This document shows, in pieces, positions 1 through 11,708 of a DNA stretch of 64,000 nucleotides (its first letter is position 1; the number at the start of each line of letters is the position of its first letter). Under the pieces are notes generated by a model, which had not been told where the DNA came from, made no database searches, and saw only the letters and a program-made list of their open reading frames with translations. Position numbers and translations under genes: made by a program. The DNA comes from Podarcis filfolensis (taxonomy: Eukaryota): NCBI GenBank assembly GCA_964270895.1, contig OZ185436.1. One strand, 5' to 3'.

Positions 1-289
1 ATTCTCCATGGTATCAAATGCTGCAGAACCAACAGGGATAAACTCCCCAACTAGTTTCTGGCACAGATAATCCACCAATGCTGTTTTGGTCCCGAAACTA
101 AGCCTGAAACCAGACTGGATAAGAAACAGATATGACCTCATCAACCCTAAGCAGCATCTTTAGCAAAAGCTTTTCTTTAGCAAAGCTTTGGCTTTTATCT
201 TGGTCCAGCAAACCAGAGGACCAATATACTACTGAGATATTCCCACAGCCCATCCCTTCATTGCCAGCCCTCTTTTGGAGGTTACTTAC

Positions 290-441
290 TGCTCAGCACT
301 GATGTATTCACTCTCGATGGGCATGCACGTCACTTTGCCAACCCACACACCCAAGCGTACGTCCTCAAACTTCAGGCCCAGGTTCTCTCCAGTGATGGTT
401 AAGCGAGTACCGCCCTGCCGGGGGCCTGTTTCAGGTGTCAG
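290..441 (-). CDS. PLXNA1: Plexin-A1 coding exon (start of IPT3): [51 protein letters not shown]
   Basis: 152 nt, acceptor tttcttcctag|CTG, donor GAGCA|gtaagt, phase 0/2. [29 protein letters not shown] and ESEYISAEQ fit PLXNA1 rather than PLXNA2/3/4 as recalled. Confidence 0.96.
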
Positions 442-2957
442 CTAGGAAGAAACAAACCAGACTGTTATTGGATTCATTAGGCCATTGTCAACAGTTTGCT
501 TACATGCCATAACAACTCAGCAGCTCACCCAACATTTATATATCTAGGGCAAATTTAAATATCTACAGCTCCATGCAGGTTAGAAAATAAACATATAATC
601 AGGTAAACTAAAATGAAGATAGCAAATGCTTAAAACCCAGACAGGTGTTCTGAATAGGTTGCTGTCTTCCAAGCAGTGATAATAATCCACCTTTCCCACC
701 TCAACCTGTTGACAAAACATCCACTTCTCTGCTCCCCACAGTACTGCCACACAAACCAGGTATTGTTTTACACCAACTATTCACCATCTGCATGGTGGTA
801 AGAACTTTGGTATTATTAAGGACAACCAGTGCGATATTTCAGCTTTGCCCTGAAGGACCAAGTCCCAGTCATTCCCTTTCAACCACAGCAACTAGAGAGA
901 AGGCATCTGGGCCGTGCACACAGCGAAAATACATTTTACATTTCTGGAAAGCACTGGGAGTTTCATTGTGCTGGAGCACAGCAAAAAGAAAATAACACCC
1001 ATGCATCTATCCACCTGTGAATAAGCTTCAGGACACCTAAACCACATGTTTGGAATGGCTGGACTGTTGATCCTGCTAATATTCAAGCAGGTGGCTCCAA
1101 GGTATCACAATGGCTAATGTATGTAAGCTGTTGATTCACTCTGGCTCACTCTGCAGTTATGGTGATATGAAAATGGAAACAGTAAAAGTTTTTTTCCCCA
1201 TAGGATGGCTTGCTAATGGTCTCAACAACGGACTATCCTTCAGAATGGCACAGAACGTCCCACTTTTTTTTTACTTTTTTTTGGCATTCTGCATATCCTT
1301 GGCAAGGGCAGTGGACACTTGCAGAGAGGCTATTTTTCTTTCATGCTGTGAGTTAACAGAGGAAAAGTAATCTCTCCAGAGCCCTCCCCACCAAGGGAGA
1401 CACCAGTTAACCCCTGTAAAGTGGATCCTCTCTTTCCCTACCAACTCTGGTGTATCCCAGCATGTGAAGTTTCTGACAGCACCAGCTGGGGAGGGAGGGG
1501 AGCCCCAGTGAGCACGATATGCCTCATTTGTTAAGATGATTCCCAATAAAGCGGACAGGTGTGGCTTGACACACACTGCGTGATGACGGATGAGCAGTGT
1601 GGCACGGGCCCACCATTGCCACTAACAAGGCAATTATGGGCAATTTTACACCACATTTTGCTGCCCCCCTGGTGCTCAGCACACACCTGCAAGTGATAAG
1701 ACGATTAATGGGCATGCAGGTGGAGAAAGCTCTGTGCTGGGTCACTGGCAACCCCAAGCCAAGGGAAGTGGGCTCCAGGAGAAAGAAGCCTCAGCATAGT
1801 CATTGTTGATGCACTGAAATAGGCCTAGCAAAACCAACTGCAGATTGCTTACCTGACCAGTCAACATTAAAGCTACTGGTCCCACTGTTCCTGCTGGCTC
1901 TGCATACAGCCTAAACTTTCTAAGCTGGTGGGAAGTAGCAACCATGCCTGAGAACACATCCCCATTATTTGCTTAAATCTGCATCCTGCCAGCTTCCAAA
2001 TGTTCAGAAAGGATCTCATGTTTAAAAATAGACCGAAGGCATCAAAATATCATCAAGACAAAGCCACTACAGGCCTCCCATTGCTGCTTCCAACAGAAAA
2101 GCCTTATATTATCTACAGATAATGCACAGGCTCTGGCAAACCTCCAGGAGCAGGGATTTCTATAATTATGAGGCAGCCACAAAGTTACCTCACTACACGC
2201 TCTTGCACAGATTGCATTGTTAGGAAGGCACAGACTGTGTTGATTTTAACAGTAAAGATGTGTCATAAGATGGGAAAGAGATTTCTAAGGCATGTGTGGG
2301 CCAAACTTCTTAGTTCCAAGCCAGTATCTTCTATTGATGCTGGACAACTAGTAAGGCACCAATGGAGATCTTGAAACATAAACGTAATGAGAAACAGCCC
2401 CCCAAAAATTCATGCCTGAGGCCGATAATCCAAATGGCAACTCTGCTGCCACCACCGATGGTGGTAAAATATATTAATAAAATAGCTGGGGGTGGGGGCA
2501 GGAATGGCTGCCTTTTAATGTTACCCCAAACTATGCTGCTTCAGGCAGACAGCCCTACCATGTCTAACAATAGGGCCACAGACTTGAGCGAAAATACATA
2601 TCAGTCCTGCAGTCCCCATGCTATCTCACTGTGTATCAGGTATCTCTTCTGAATATTTGTCAAGGAGGGTAACAGCATGCAGAGTGCACTACAATAATAA
2701 GATGGCAAAAGGCTGCTCATGTATGATGCAACTCTTTTCTAGCTGGGGAGATCTCAGCCTCTGTAACACTACGCTCCTCCAGTAGCCACCCCTAAAGACA
2801 GGCAAAATTTCTGTTAGGCCTGTACTCTCAGAATCACAGGTCCTCAGACACTGCTCGCCTCCAGAACAGGGCCCTTTCATTCTACAATATGGGCCATAAT
2901 TTGGAACAGACAGACTTGGTAGAGGAGAAGTAGCAAACCAACAGAGAGCTATTTCCT

Positions 2958-2976
2958 CCAGCCCCAGGGGGCAGTG
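2958..2976 (+). promoter_or_regulatory. Possible CTCF site
   Basis: CCAGCCCCAGGGGGCAGTG matches the CTCF core CCAGGGGGCAG but mismatches upstream positions. Motif match only. Confidence 0.3.
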
Positions 2977-4575
2977 CAAACGTAAAGAACATCTCCTTCA
3001 ACATACCTGACCAAGGCATCAACATGAGTCATTAAAACATAACACTTTATTCATTTATTCATTTCATTCTCCGACTCTTGCCTCACAAACACCATCCAAG
3101 TCTCATTAACAAAGCAGCAAAAGGAGGCTACGTTGGAGAATTACCAGCAGCCAAGGCACAAAGAGGCTGTAGCATGCCCAAAGCCAACTTGGATTAGGTA
3201 TCCAAAGCCCACAAACCCTGGCTCCCTTCTCTGCTCCCTGACTTGCAGGCTGCTCCACGAGTTAACTTACAAGCAGGCCTAGGGCAATCACATGCTATGC
3301 CTCAGAATTTATACAACAGTCAAACCGATTTGAGCTTTGGGGGTTTGCTGCTCGCCTAAATTCAATCCAATCATCTGCTAAAGTCCTGGATCAGAACTCA
3401 TTAAGGCAGCTGCTGCAGCAGGCAACCCAAGTCATTCTTTCCTAAATTGGGCTCCTCTGGGATACTTGGTGAGCCGTGGCTGTTTGTTTGGTATTGTTAA
3501 ATTAGTGTTAAAGGCTGCCGTGGTATGTTAGATTTCCCCTCCACTGCAGCAAAACTGACAAGGGCCACACGTTTGGGGAGCAGCAACTCTGGGAAAAAGT
3601 TGACACTGCTTGACACACTGTGTGGGGAGGTCGCGGCTAAACAAGGCACTTGGGAACCAGAGCTGGCAGGGAAATCTGGCTCTTTCTTGAACCGTCTCCC
3701 CTTAAACACTCACACACAGAGTCACAGAAGCAGGCACTCTCCCACCCCAGCTCCATCCCTGACAAACAACAGCACTCTTTTGCTAATTGGTTTCAGAGCA
3801 CAAACCCTTCAGATCTGCCAAATGAAGTGGACACAAGATATATCAGTGCCCAAAAGATGAGATAATGAATCATCAACTAACCGGTTTGGCCATTTGATCA
3901 TTTCATTTCGGAATGGCCCTCCTGTGCCTGAATGCATATATTCTAGCTGAGAATGTACCACTTAAAACTGGAGCTTTGAAAGCACACAGAAGCGACCTTC
4001 CATCTTCTTGTGCAGCAGCAAAACTTCTATTAGGAGTCTCTGAGATCAGGCTTTCAAAAGTGAAGCGATACTGACATTGGTAGCATGGCTACTTAGAATG
4101 ATGGGTTTGCTTCCCAAGCTGTGTTAAGAAAGAAAGGCACTACATTTGGGCTTGATTCTGGAACATAGCATCATGCCAGGTTGATAAAAGTCTGGAAGGT
4201 CTAATGGAGTACTGACTCGCCACCGTAAAATTAAGGCTAAACTTGTTTATTTGGCATAGTATCATCGTTCTGAGGAGATAAGAACATTGTAAAGCCTTCT
4301 GCCCAGTAACGGTGCTACAGAGTTAGTGAAAGCAAAATGCAAGCTGATAAATTATTTCAGCAGAACATCCAATGGCTCTAGTTTTAACTTAAATGGTGCT
4401 CTTCTGGAACCCTTGGAGTAGAAGGAATCCGAGTGCCAACAGAAAGTTCTCCACCTGTTCCAGACTAATGACCCATACAGTTTAACATTTTCCAGGAGAA
4501 AAGGTTACATATTCTATTTCTTTGTGCATGCTGTGCCCATCATTCATTCCACTGCACTGAAGCTGATCTTATCGC

Positions 4576-4700
4576 AAGGGTAGCCAACGTGGCGCCCTTT
4601 TGGTGCTGTTTAGGTCCAACTCCCATTACTATTGGTTACACTGGTCAAGGCTAATGGGAGCTGGAGCCCAACATCATCTAGAAAGCACCAGGAAGTCATC
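4576..4700. repeat. Palindromic ~130-bp squamate MITE family A (gtgccctcca..actacaactccca..tgggagttgtagt..tggagggcac)
   Basis: Imperfect self-complementary element. Related copies or halves lie at 8120-8260, 15155-15215, 21790-21860, 37437-37570, 54270-54365 and 58575-58740. Confidence 0.6.
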
Positions 4701-5169
4701 AACAATTGTCTGGAGGAGCACCTACGAAGGCTGCATGGCCTTCCAGGCTTCAACCAGAGCAACAGTTGGAAAAAGCACCAATGTTAAGTCCCCAAACTTG
4801 GAATGCATGCATGGAAAGGCACACTACTTGATTTGCCTACACAGGGCTTACAATTAGTGTGACAAGTTCTTAATTTAATTTTAATTATTTAATGATGCAG
4901 AGAGTATCATTAAAACCTAATGCTGGCAAGTGCTCAAAAATTGGCAGGTAAACAAGATGTGCGTTATCAACACCATTTAGTAGCCTTGACACTACATAAT
5001 GGTTTTAGGTTCACAAACCTCTTCATGACAGCCCCACACTTCACATAACAGGGTTCAGTCAGAATTGGTTCTTGAGAGCTTCATACCTTGCAATCAGGAG
5101 TCACTGTGAATATCTTAAATCAAGATTTGGGATTCTAGTACCATACACTTGTCTAAAAGGAGCTGGTGA

Positions 5170-5330
5170 TCCAGGAAGAGATGCAGTTCTTCACACAGTG
5201 AATACTTAAACTACGGAATGTGTTCCCACAGGAAGTAGTAATAGCTACCAACTTGGATGGCTTTCAAAGAGGTTCAGACACATTCATGGAGGACAAGGCT
5301 ATCAATTGCTGTTAGTCACAATGGCTCTAT
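5170..5330 (+). mobile_element. CR1 LINE 3' end fragment
   Basis: ttcttcacacagtgaatacttaaactacggaatg...aacttggatggctttcaaagagg...ttcatggaggacaaggctatcaa resembles the CR1 ORF2 terminus FFTQR..KLWN.LP.E...ATNLDGFKRGLD.FMEDKAIN. Confidence 0.75.
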
Positions 5331-5394
5331 TCTCTCTGGTTATGCCCCTCTCTGTTTAGCTTCTCAATGTGAAATTTGGAGGGTAGAAACAAAG

Positions 5395-5745
5395 GAGGGA
5401 CTTTCTGGTGGCAGCCGTTGACTAAGGAATACTCTCCCTAGGGTAGCTTGCCGGGCACCGACATTGCTGCCTTTTTAGCATCAGGCTAAGACTTTACTAT
5501 TCTCCCAGGTCTTTTAAGATCAGACTTTAAGTCCTGTGGCATATGGTGGCTTTAGCGCATGCATCTGATGGCTGCTTTAGTTCTGTGCTGTCTGTGGCAT
5601 TTTATTGTGCTGGTTTTGTACTTTGCTTTTATGTCTCTTAATCTTACTGTGGGTTTTATTGTAGTGTGGTTTTATTGTTGTGTTTTCAATCTCTGCTTGC
5701 CACCTGGAGAATTTAGTTTATGAGTCATCTCATAAACACAACCCA
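5395..5745 (+). mobile_element. L2-like LINE 3' end
   Basis: Degenerate ...AF.VAA...P.....APTLL.F..QAKTLLFSQ.F*, followed by a T-rich UTR and a gccacctggag...cataaac tail. Confidence 0.65.
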
Positions 5746-7677
5746 CAATCAAATAAATGCCTATTTACAACTTACCACCTTGCTGTAGTATTGTCAAAAT
5801 GATATCCCTTGCTCTACCTTTTCCCTCCACCTCCCCTTTCTTTGTGTTCCTTCTTCTTATTATTTTTTAAGTTTGAAAGCCTGATGGAAGGCTCCCCATC
5901 TCTCTCTCTCTCTCTCTTCTTCCCTCTCTCTTTAATTGATGAGAGCTGCTTTGGAAGAGACCATTTGTCTGAAAAGCGGTATAAAAATATAATAAAATAA
6001 ATAGTATTCGGCCACTGTATTTGAAACATCCTGAGCACCCTAAAGCACTGTATAAATGCTAAGTACTATTCCACTGGAAATCTGTAATATAACTTACGTG
6101 ATTTGAGACGGTAAGACTCCCCTGTCATTCCCCCACCTCCCACCTCCAGTGTTACAGTCATTACTTCTTTTTATAGAAGATGCAGACACTAATTAGGCAG
6201 GCTCTCTCCCATCAGTTTTTGTGGTGGGCTGGGGGCTTCCAAAGAGTGAAGGCCTTGGCAAACGCAGCGCAGGGCCCCACAATGCCAATCAGCAATAAGA
6301 AGCAACTAGCTTTGGGGAGTGCAAGAGGCACTACTCTAATTTCCAGCCTTCAACAGATAAGACACTGAAACCCAAATAGATGAGATACTGTGCTAAGACT
6401 CTGGTAATTAACACCACCAAGGCCTGCCTGGCTTGCAGTATATGGGTAAATAGAACATATCAAATAGAATTACCTGCCAATCCCTGCTAATGCACTTGGA
6501 GCCTGGCCCAACCAACATGTTAACATTAATATACACAATCTTATTAAATGAAGGTCATAGCAGCTGTCAAGAGAAGAGGGATGATAAACAACCAGTCTTA
6601 AGGAAGTGAAAAGATGGGTGGCTAAAAACTGTGAACACAACCGGGGTGGGGGGTGAGGAATCCACGACACACCAAACCTCATCTTCTTCCAGAATCCTAT
6701 TTGCTAGGAATCCTGTGAAATAGGCCAGAATGGGAATCAAGCTTCCACTGTCAACACAGGAGAGAAAGAAAGTGGTATGCAAGCCAAAAAAATATACTCC
6801 TACTACTCTGCCTGTTGTAGTAAGTCGACAGAAAGTCATTCTAAGCGAAATTTCAATATGTATCATCAGTCCTGGAAACAAAGCCCTCTCATAATGCGGT
6901 GAATCTGAGTCCAACCCCTCTTTGGAACGCCTGTCTTCACCAGCACCGGCCAATGAACTTGCACAGGTCACAAGTGTCACCTGATATTATTCATCTCCAT
7001 CCTATTTATGTCTTATTTAAAAGCGTACACTTTGCCTGATTTTCACAACATATATAACAATACCCATTAAGAGCAAAACGTTGACATCGAAAACCTAAGC
7101 CACAGTAACAGATTCCAAAACAACCATGCTTCTATAGATCAAGAATGGCGAAACAGTGACCACTGACCATGATGAGAGTTGTAATCCCAGCAATGCCTGG
7201 AGGGCCATGGTTTCCCCATCCCTGCTATAGATGGAGGAGAACAAGGAGAATCTGGAAGTGGGGGAAATGTCAATTGGGGTTAGGAACAGAAGACAGGATA
7301 GCTCCATCCAACTCTGACCACTGAGCCACATTCCTCTGATTCTCCATTACAATCACTGCTGCATTGCCCCAGCGGCTTATCACAGGAGACACTAATTCTG
7401 CTCGTTACTGTTCATTGAGCACTCACTGGTTGGTGGGAAGAAGAGGCTTTGCACCAGTTATTGGCGTCTGAACAAAGAAAGTGTCAGGAGAATACTACAT
7501 CTTGTATCATATGCTACAAGAACACTGCATACGCTGGTAGCTAGGCCAGCCACGCCTTAAAATACTTCAGAACTGCCCACCACCATGTACCCTCCACCAT
7601 AGGCGATTTCCTATTCAGCACTGAGGATAAAGGAGAAGAAGAAAAACCTCCCCCCTGCTTACCCTTCACAAGCATAC

Positions 7678-7868
7678 CTTAATGATTTTGGGGTCCGCAC
7701 AGCGGCTATTGCCATTGCTGGCATGCATCCAGCTGCTCTCAGAGGCTGGGCAATGTTGGCGCAGGGAACATCGCTTTTCTGACACACACCAGCCACACTC
7801 GAAGCGTGGATCTGCCTTGAGGCACAGCCCACAGCTTTCGCGCAGAGCTGAGCACTTGTATAGGTGAG
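7678..7868 (-). CDS. PLXNA1: Plexin-A1 coding exon (PSI3 domain): [64 protein letters not shown]
   Basis: 191 nt, acceptor ttcttctttcag|CT, donor AAG|gtatgc, phase 1/0. PSI cysteine pattern, within ORF-track entry 7666..7926. Confidence 0.97.
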
Positions 7869-8119
7869 CTGAAAGAAGAAAACACTTACATTCAAAAAGA
7901 AGTTGGGGGGTGGGGTGGGGACACAACTGCTACACAGATTCCCCCTCTGATGGGTAATTGTTGACAATGCCCACTAAAGGACCTCAGGGTCTACCACTTT
8001 CCATATGCTTTGTCGTATCAGGCCAGTTTTGACAGTATTCACTGCCTATATAGTTTTCAGCTTTCACTACTGAATACAGCCAGCAAGGGATTTGTTTATG
8101 ATGCAAATGCCTATCCACT

Positions 8120-8260
8120 AATGAAGGGGTAACCCAGTGGTGCCCTCCACATGCTGCTGGACTACAACTCTCATCATCCCCAGCCTATGGCTATGGTGGC
8201 TGGGGAAGCTGAGAATTGGAATCCACCAATATATGAAAGGCACAACATTGCCTTTCCCTG
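8120..8260. repeat. Palindromic MITE family A copy
   Basis: gtggtgccctccacatgctgctggactacaactctcatcatcccc ... cctttccctg, the same architecture as 4576-4700 and 37437-37570. Confidence 0.65.
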
Positions 8261-8873
8261 TGCTAGGATCTCAGCTGAAAGCCACAATCACAAATTTCAA
8301 GTGGTTTGAACTGGCATAGTTGTCACGGCTTCCCCAAATAACTCTGAGGTTTACGATTTTGTGAGAATTTTGTGAATTTATTTGCGGTGTGTGTGTGTGT
8401 GAAATAATCTTTGCCCATTACAGAACTAACCTAACTATCATGTCCTAAGTTCCTTGCAGCGGGAGCCAGGATCGTAAAGCAGCCTTCAAAGTGATTTCAT
8501 TTTATGTCTAGGAAGTGAACGTGCATTTAAGTCTCAAACGAGTTATTGAATGGCTGGGCATGTTTATAAGGACAGCACAGTACAGAGAAAATGTTTCGGA
8601 GCAAGTATACCGCGTTTGGAGGGTCAAGGCACTTTGATGGGCAGGAGAGAAACCAGTAATCCCCAGACCACCACTTCTAACTTTGCTCTGTGTTAGAAAG
8701 CTTGTTTGCTCAGGCTAGCATAATATTTGATTTTACACCTGTAGGGGTGCACTGGTGTCAATCTGGCCTTGAGGTGGATGGCTCAGAAGTGGAACGCAGA
8801 AGCAGTTCATTGCAGGGAACTCCTGCTGTATCTTGCTAAGGGTGCTCCACCCCACCCGACTTCATCAGCTTAC

Positions 8874-8970
8874 CCTGGATGTTCTGGGGATTGTCAATGA
8901 TGAAGTTCCCATTCCATACCACGGAAAGGTTCACTGGGAGGTCACTGATGCCATTCCCTTCATAGGAATA
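8874..8970 (-). CDS. PLXNA1: Plexin-A1 coding exon (end of IPT2): [32 protein letters not shown]
   Basis: 97 nt, acceptor cctctggcag|TAT, donor CAGG|gtaagc, phase 0/1. Too short for the ORF track, so translated by hand. Confidence 0.96.
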
Positions 8971-9205
8971 CTGCCAGAGGAAACACAAGAGAAAAGAGTC
9001 CATTAGGCACCCTCAGACAGAAAGAAACAGATATACATCAGGAATCAGACCACAGACCACAGGGGGGCTTTGCATTCTTCTGACTCGTTCTAAGTCTGGA
9101 TCTGTGGTTGCCAGGGATGATGACACGTCCCAAGCAAGACACTCTGGTCAAATGCAAAGTCTCCAATATCCAGGGGCCTCCCCCTCTCCAAAAGCAGCAC
9201 TTATA

Positions 9206-9431
9206 CAGTGGTACCTTGGGTGAAGTACTTAATTCATTCCAGAGGTCTGTTCTTAACCTGAAACTGTTCTTAACCTGAAGCACCACTTTAGCTAATGGGG
9301 CCTCCTGCTGCCACTGCGCCACAGGAGCCCGATTTCTGTTCTTATCCTGAAGCAAAGATCTTAACCTGAAGCACTATTTCTGGGTTAGCGGAGTGTGTAA
9401 CCTGAAGCGTATGTAACCCGAGGTACCACTG
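9206..9431. mobile_element. Tc1/mariner-type MITE, 226 bp
   Basis: TIRs CAGTGGTACCT(T/C)GGGT, TA on both sides (9204-9205, 9432-9433), internal repeats of ttaacctgaa(g). Confidence 0.9.
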
Positions 9432-11589
9432 TATTTCCAGTTCCCAGCTGCTTCCTAGAATTCTGCCAAATGGAAGGCCTTTTCTGAGGGAAAGGAATTG
9501 GAATCTGGACTCCAATGCACCTCAAGAACCTCCCCCTGCAAATCTTCTTACTTGCACAGACAATATTGCAAGAGTTTGGATATGCTTCCGTATAGCTCTT
9601 CTGCCTCTCCTATAGCTAGCAGAAACAGAATCACTGGTGGGAAATAAGCAAATCTATTTGAAGTCACGTCATGTGCATAATTTATTTGAATTACAGACTC
9701 CAGCTTCTCTTGGCACAGGAATTAGGTTACCTGGGTGAAGAATTTGTACTTAAAAAAAAAAAAAGCACTGCTGGCATACACTCACTGTGAACTAAGTGGC
9801 TTTCAGAGCCCCTCCAATAGTGTACAGCCCTTGTACAATATTGTCACTATGGTGATATATAATAAAAACTAAACATGCTAATCATTTGATTCTGATTAAC
9901 ATTCAGTGTTCATGTTGAACCTGCTCCTCCGATGAAAGGAGGAGGATTTTCTGGTGAACTGTACAAACTGAGTGACAGTGATATCTCAAACTAAGCAGCA
10001 GCTGGAGTCATCACTCTCTGCTCTCCAGAGCTGGCAATATTAGATTCTGCCTTTCCTAGGGTATAGGGAAATAAAGCTCCCACACAGAAAACATAAAGCA
10101 AGAGCCTAAGGCGGACAATAGCTCTGTGAGGGCAGGGTTGTAGAGGCAGACAAATTTGGGGTTATATCTTCATCAAGCAGCCCCACGAGCCCTTGTCCCT
10201 CCCACCCAGGGAAAAGATACACCCAATCTCTAGCCCAAGCCAAACTTCTGGCAGCCCCATCAATATTCCCTCCACAGTGCCTGCGCGCATGTGGAGGCTT
10301 AATCGATACAGAGACAGGAAGGCAGTCGGAACCTTCCCTGACAGCTAATGACCTCCTTCGGCGAGAGATTCTCCGCTTCTCTCCGGAGAAAATGACAGGC
10401 GTGTCAGGAGAGATTAAATGAAAGATTCATGGCTTGCTGGAGTTTGTTAGGGAGCTATGGACACTGGAGAATCAGCTCTCCCTGTGCCTTGGATCCTCCT
10501 CCCCCCTCCACCCCACCCACCTACCCTCAGCCCATGGCACTGAGTCTGCCTTGATGAGGACACAGAGAAGTGAAAGATGAAGGCAGTGCGTATGGTCCCC
10601 TCCCCTCCCCGCATATCCGTGCCCCCAAGCACCCTTTCTCCACATCCTCCTGCCACTCAAAGAAGGTAGGAGCTTCCACGCCTCAGCTTCCTTCAAAGCC
10701 TATTTTGTGCTTAATTCAGTGATAAGCGCAAAGAAACAGAAGGGACTCTGGTTTTGCATTTTTGATTGAATTCTTTACAGTGTAAAGCATTCAGGTGAAA
10801 GTACAGAACTAGCGTAAGAAACCCACCGGAGAAAGGCCGAGCTCCTGAGAAAAGACCAGGGTGTTTCTCAGAGGACAACCAATCGCAAAATAATCCCATT
10901 ACAAACAGTAGGGCATAACTACTTTACAGATTATATGTTTACATCATGCTCCTTCAATTTCAAAGAGTGCAACATAGGCAATACTGTATATAGTAAGACA
11001 TTCACGGTATATAAGTATGGTCTAATCAGTAAAATTCAGCTGCCCTAACATGACAGTCTATCCTGCACAATAATTTTGAAGGAGAAAATAAGTGTATCAG
11101 CCAAAGTTCCCATTCAGGAACTAATTTCTTTAATATGCTTTTATACCATCCTTCAATAAAAACTCCCAAGGCAGATGATGGTGATTTATATGTATTTGTC
11201 ATTTCCCTAAGTTTTGACTTACAAAAACATTTCAAAACAACTATAAAAACAAAATTCAACCTAGAATGCTCACAATAATATGGATAAAAGAGCACTTCAC
11301 ATTTTAAAAAGGTAATTATTATTTTTGAATTTTTTAAAAATGTAACTTTAGCATTGAAAAAAATGGACTGATGACACAACTGAGCAAAATTTCTGCTTTT
11401 GCACAAGCCATCAATGTTATTCCAAGATCTATGCAAAAGTCCACTGTTCATTTAATGTTCTAAACAAACTGAGCCCTTCCTTCCCCAGCTCCTTGAATTG
11501 TGTGCATGTACATAGAGAGATGGTTTTCAAAGCATCAAACTGCACTTCAGACAAGTTTGCTCTGGATCGTGGAAGGATTCAAATGTACT

Positions 11590-11708
11590 AGGATGTATCC
11601 AGCTAAGCTCTAGTAAGATTGACCCATAGAAATTTGTAGACCTAAGCTAGTCATGCTTGTTCATTTTAAGGGTTAGATCTGAGTATGCCTAACATTGGAT
11701 ACAACCCA
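11590..11708. repeat. Palindromic MITE family B (ggttgtatcca..tggatacaacc)
   Basis: The ends GGATGTATCCA / TGGATACAACC are inverted repeats (10/11). Related copies lie at 33798-33901 and 48229-48338. Confidence 0.65.

Noticed and set aside
1658-1676. CTCF-like CACCAGGGGGGCAG on the minus strand
   Set aside because: The extra G breaks the core register of the motif.
10498-10530. G-quadruplex-capable tract on the minus strand, plus other G/C runs (7905, 15610, 20662, 27217, 62402)
   Set aside because: Such runs are common in this genome, most have only three G-tracts, and nothing indicates function.
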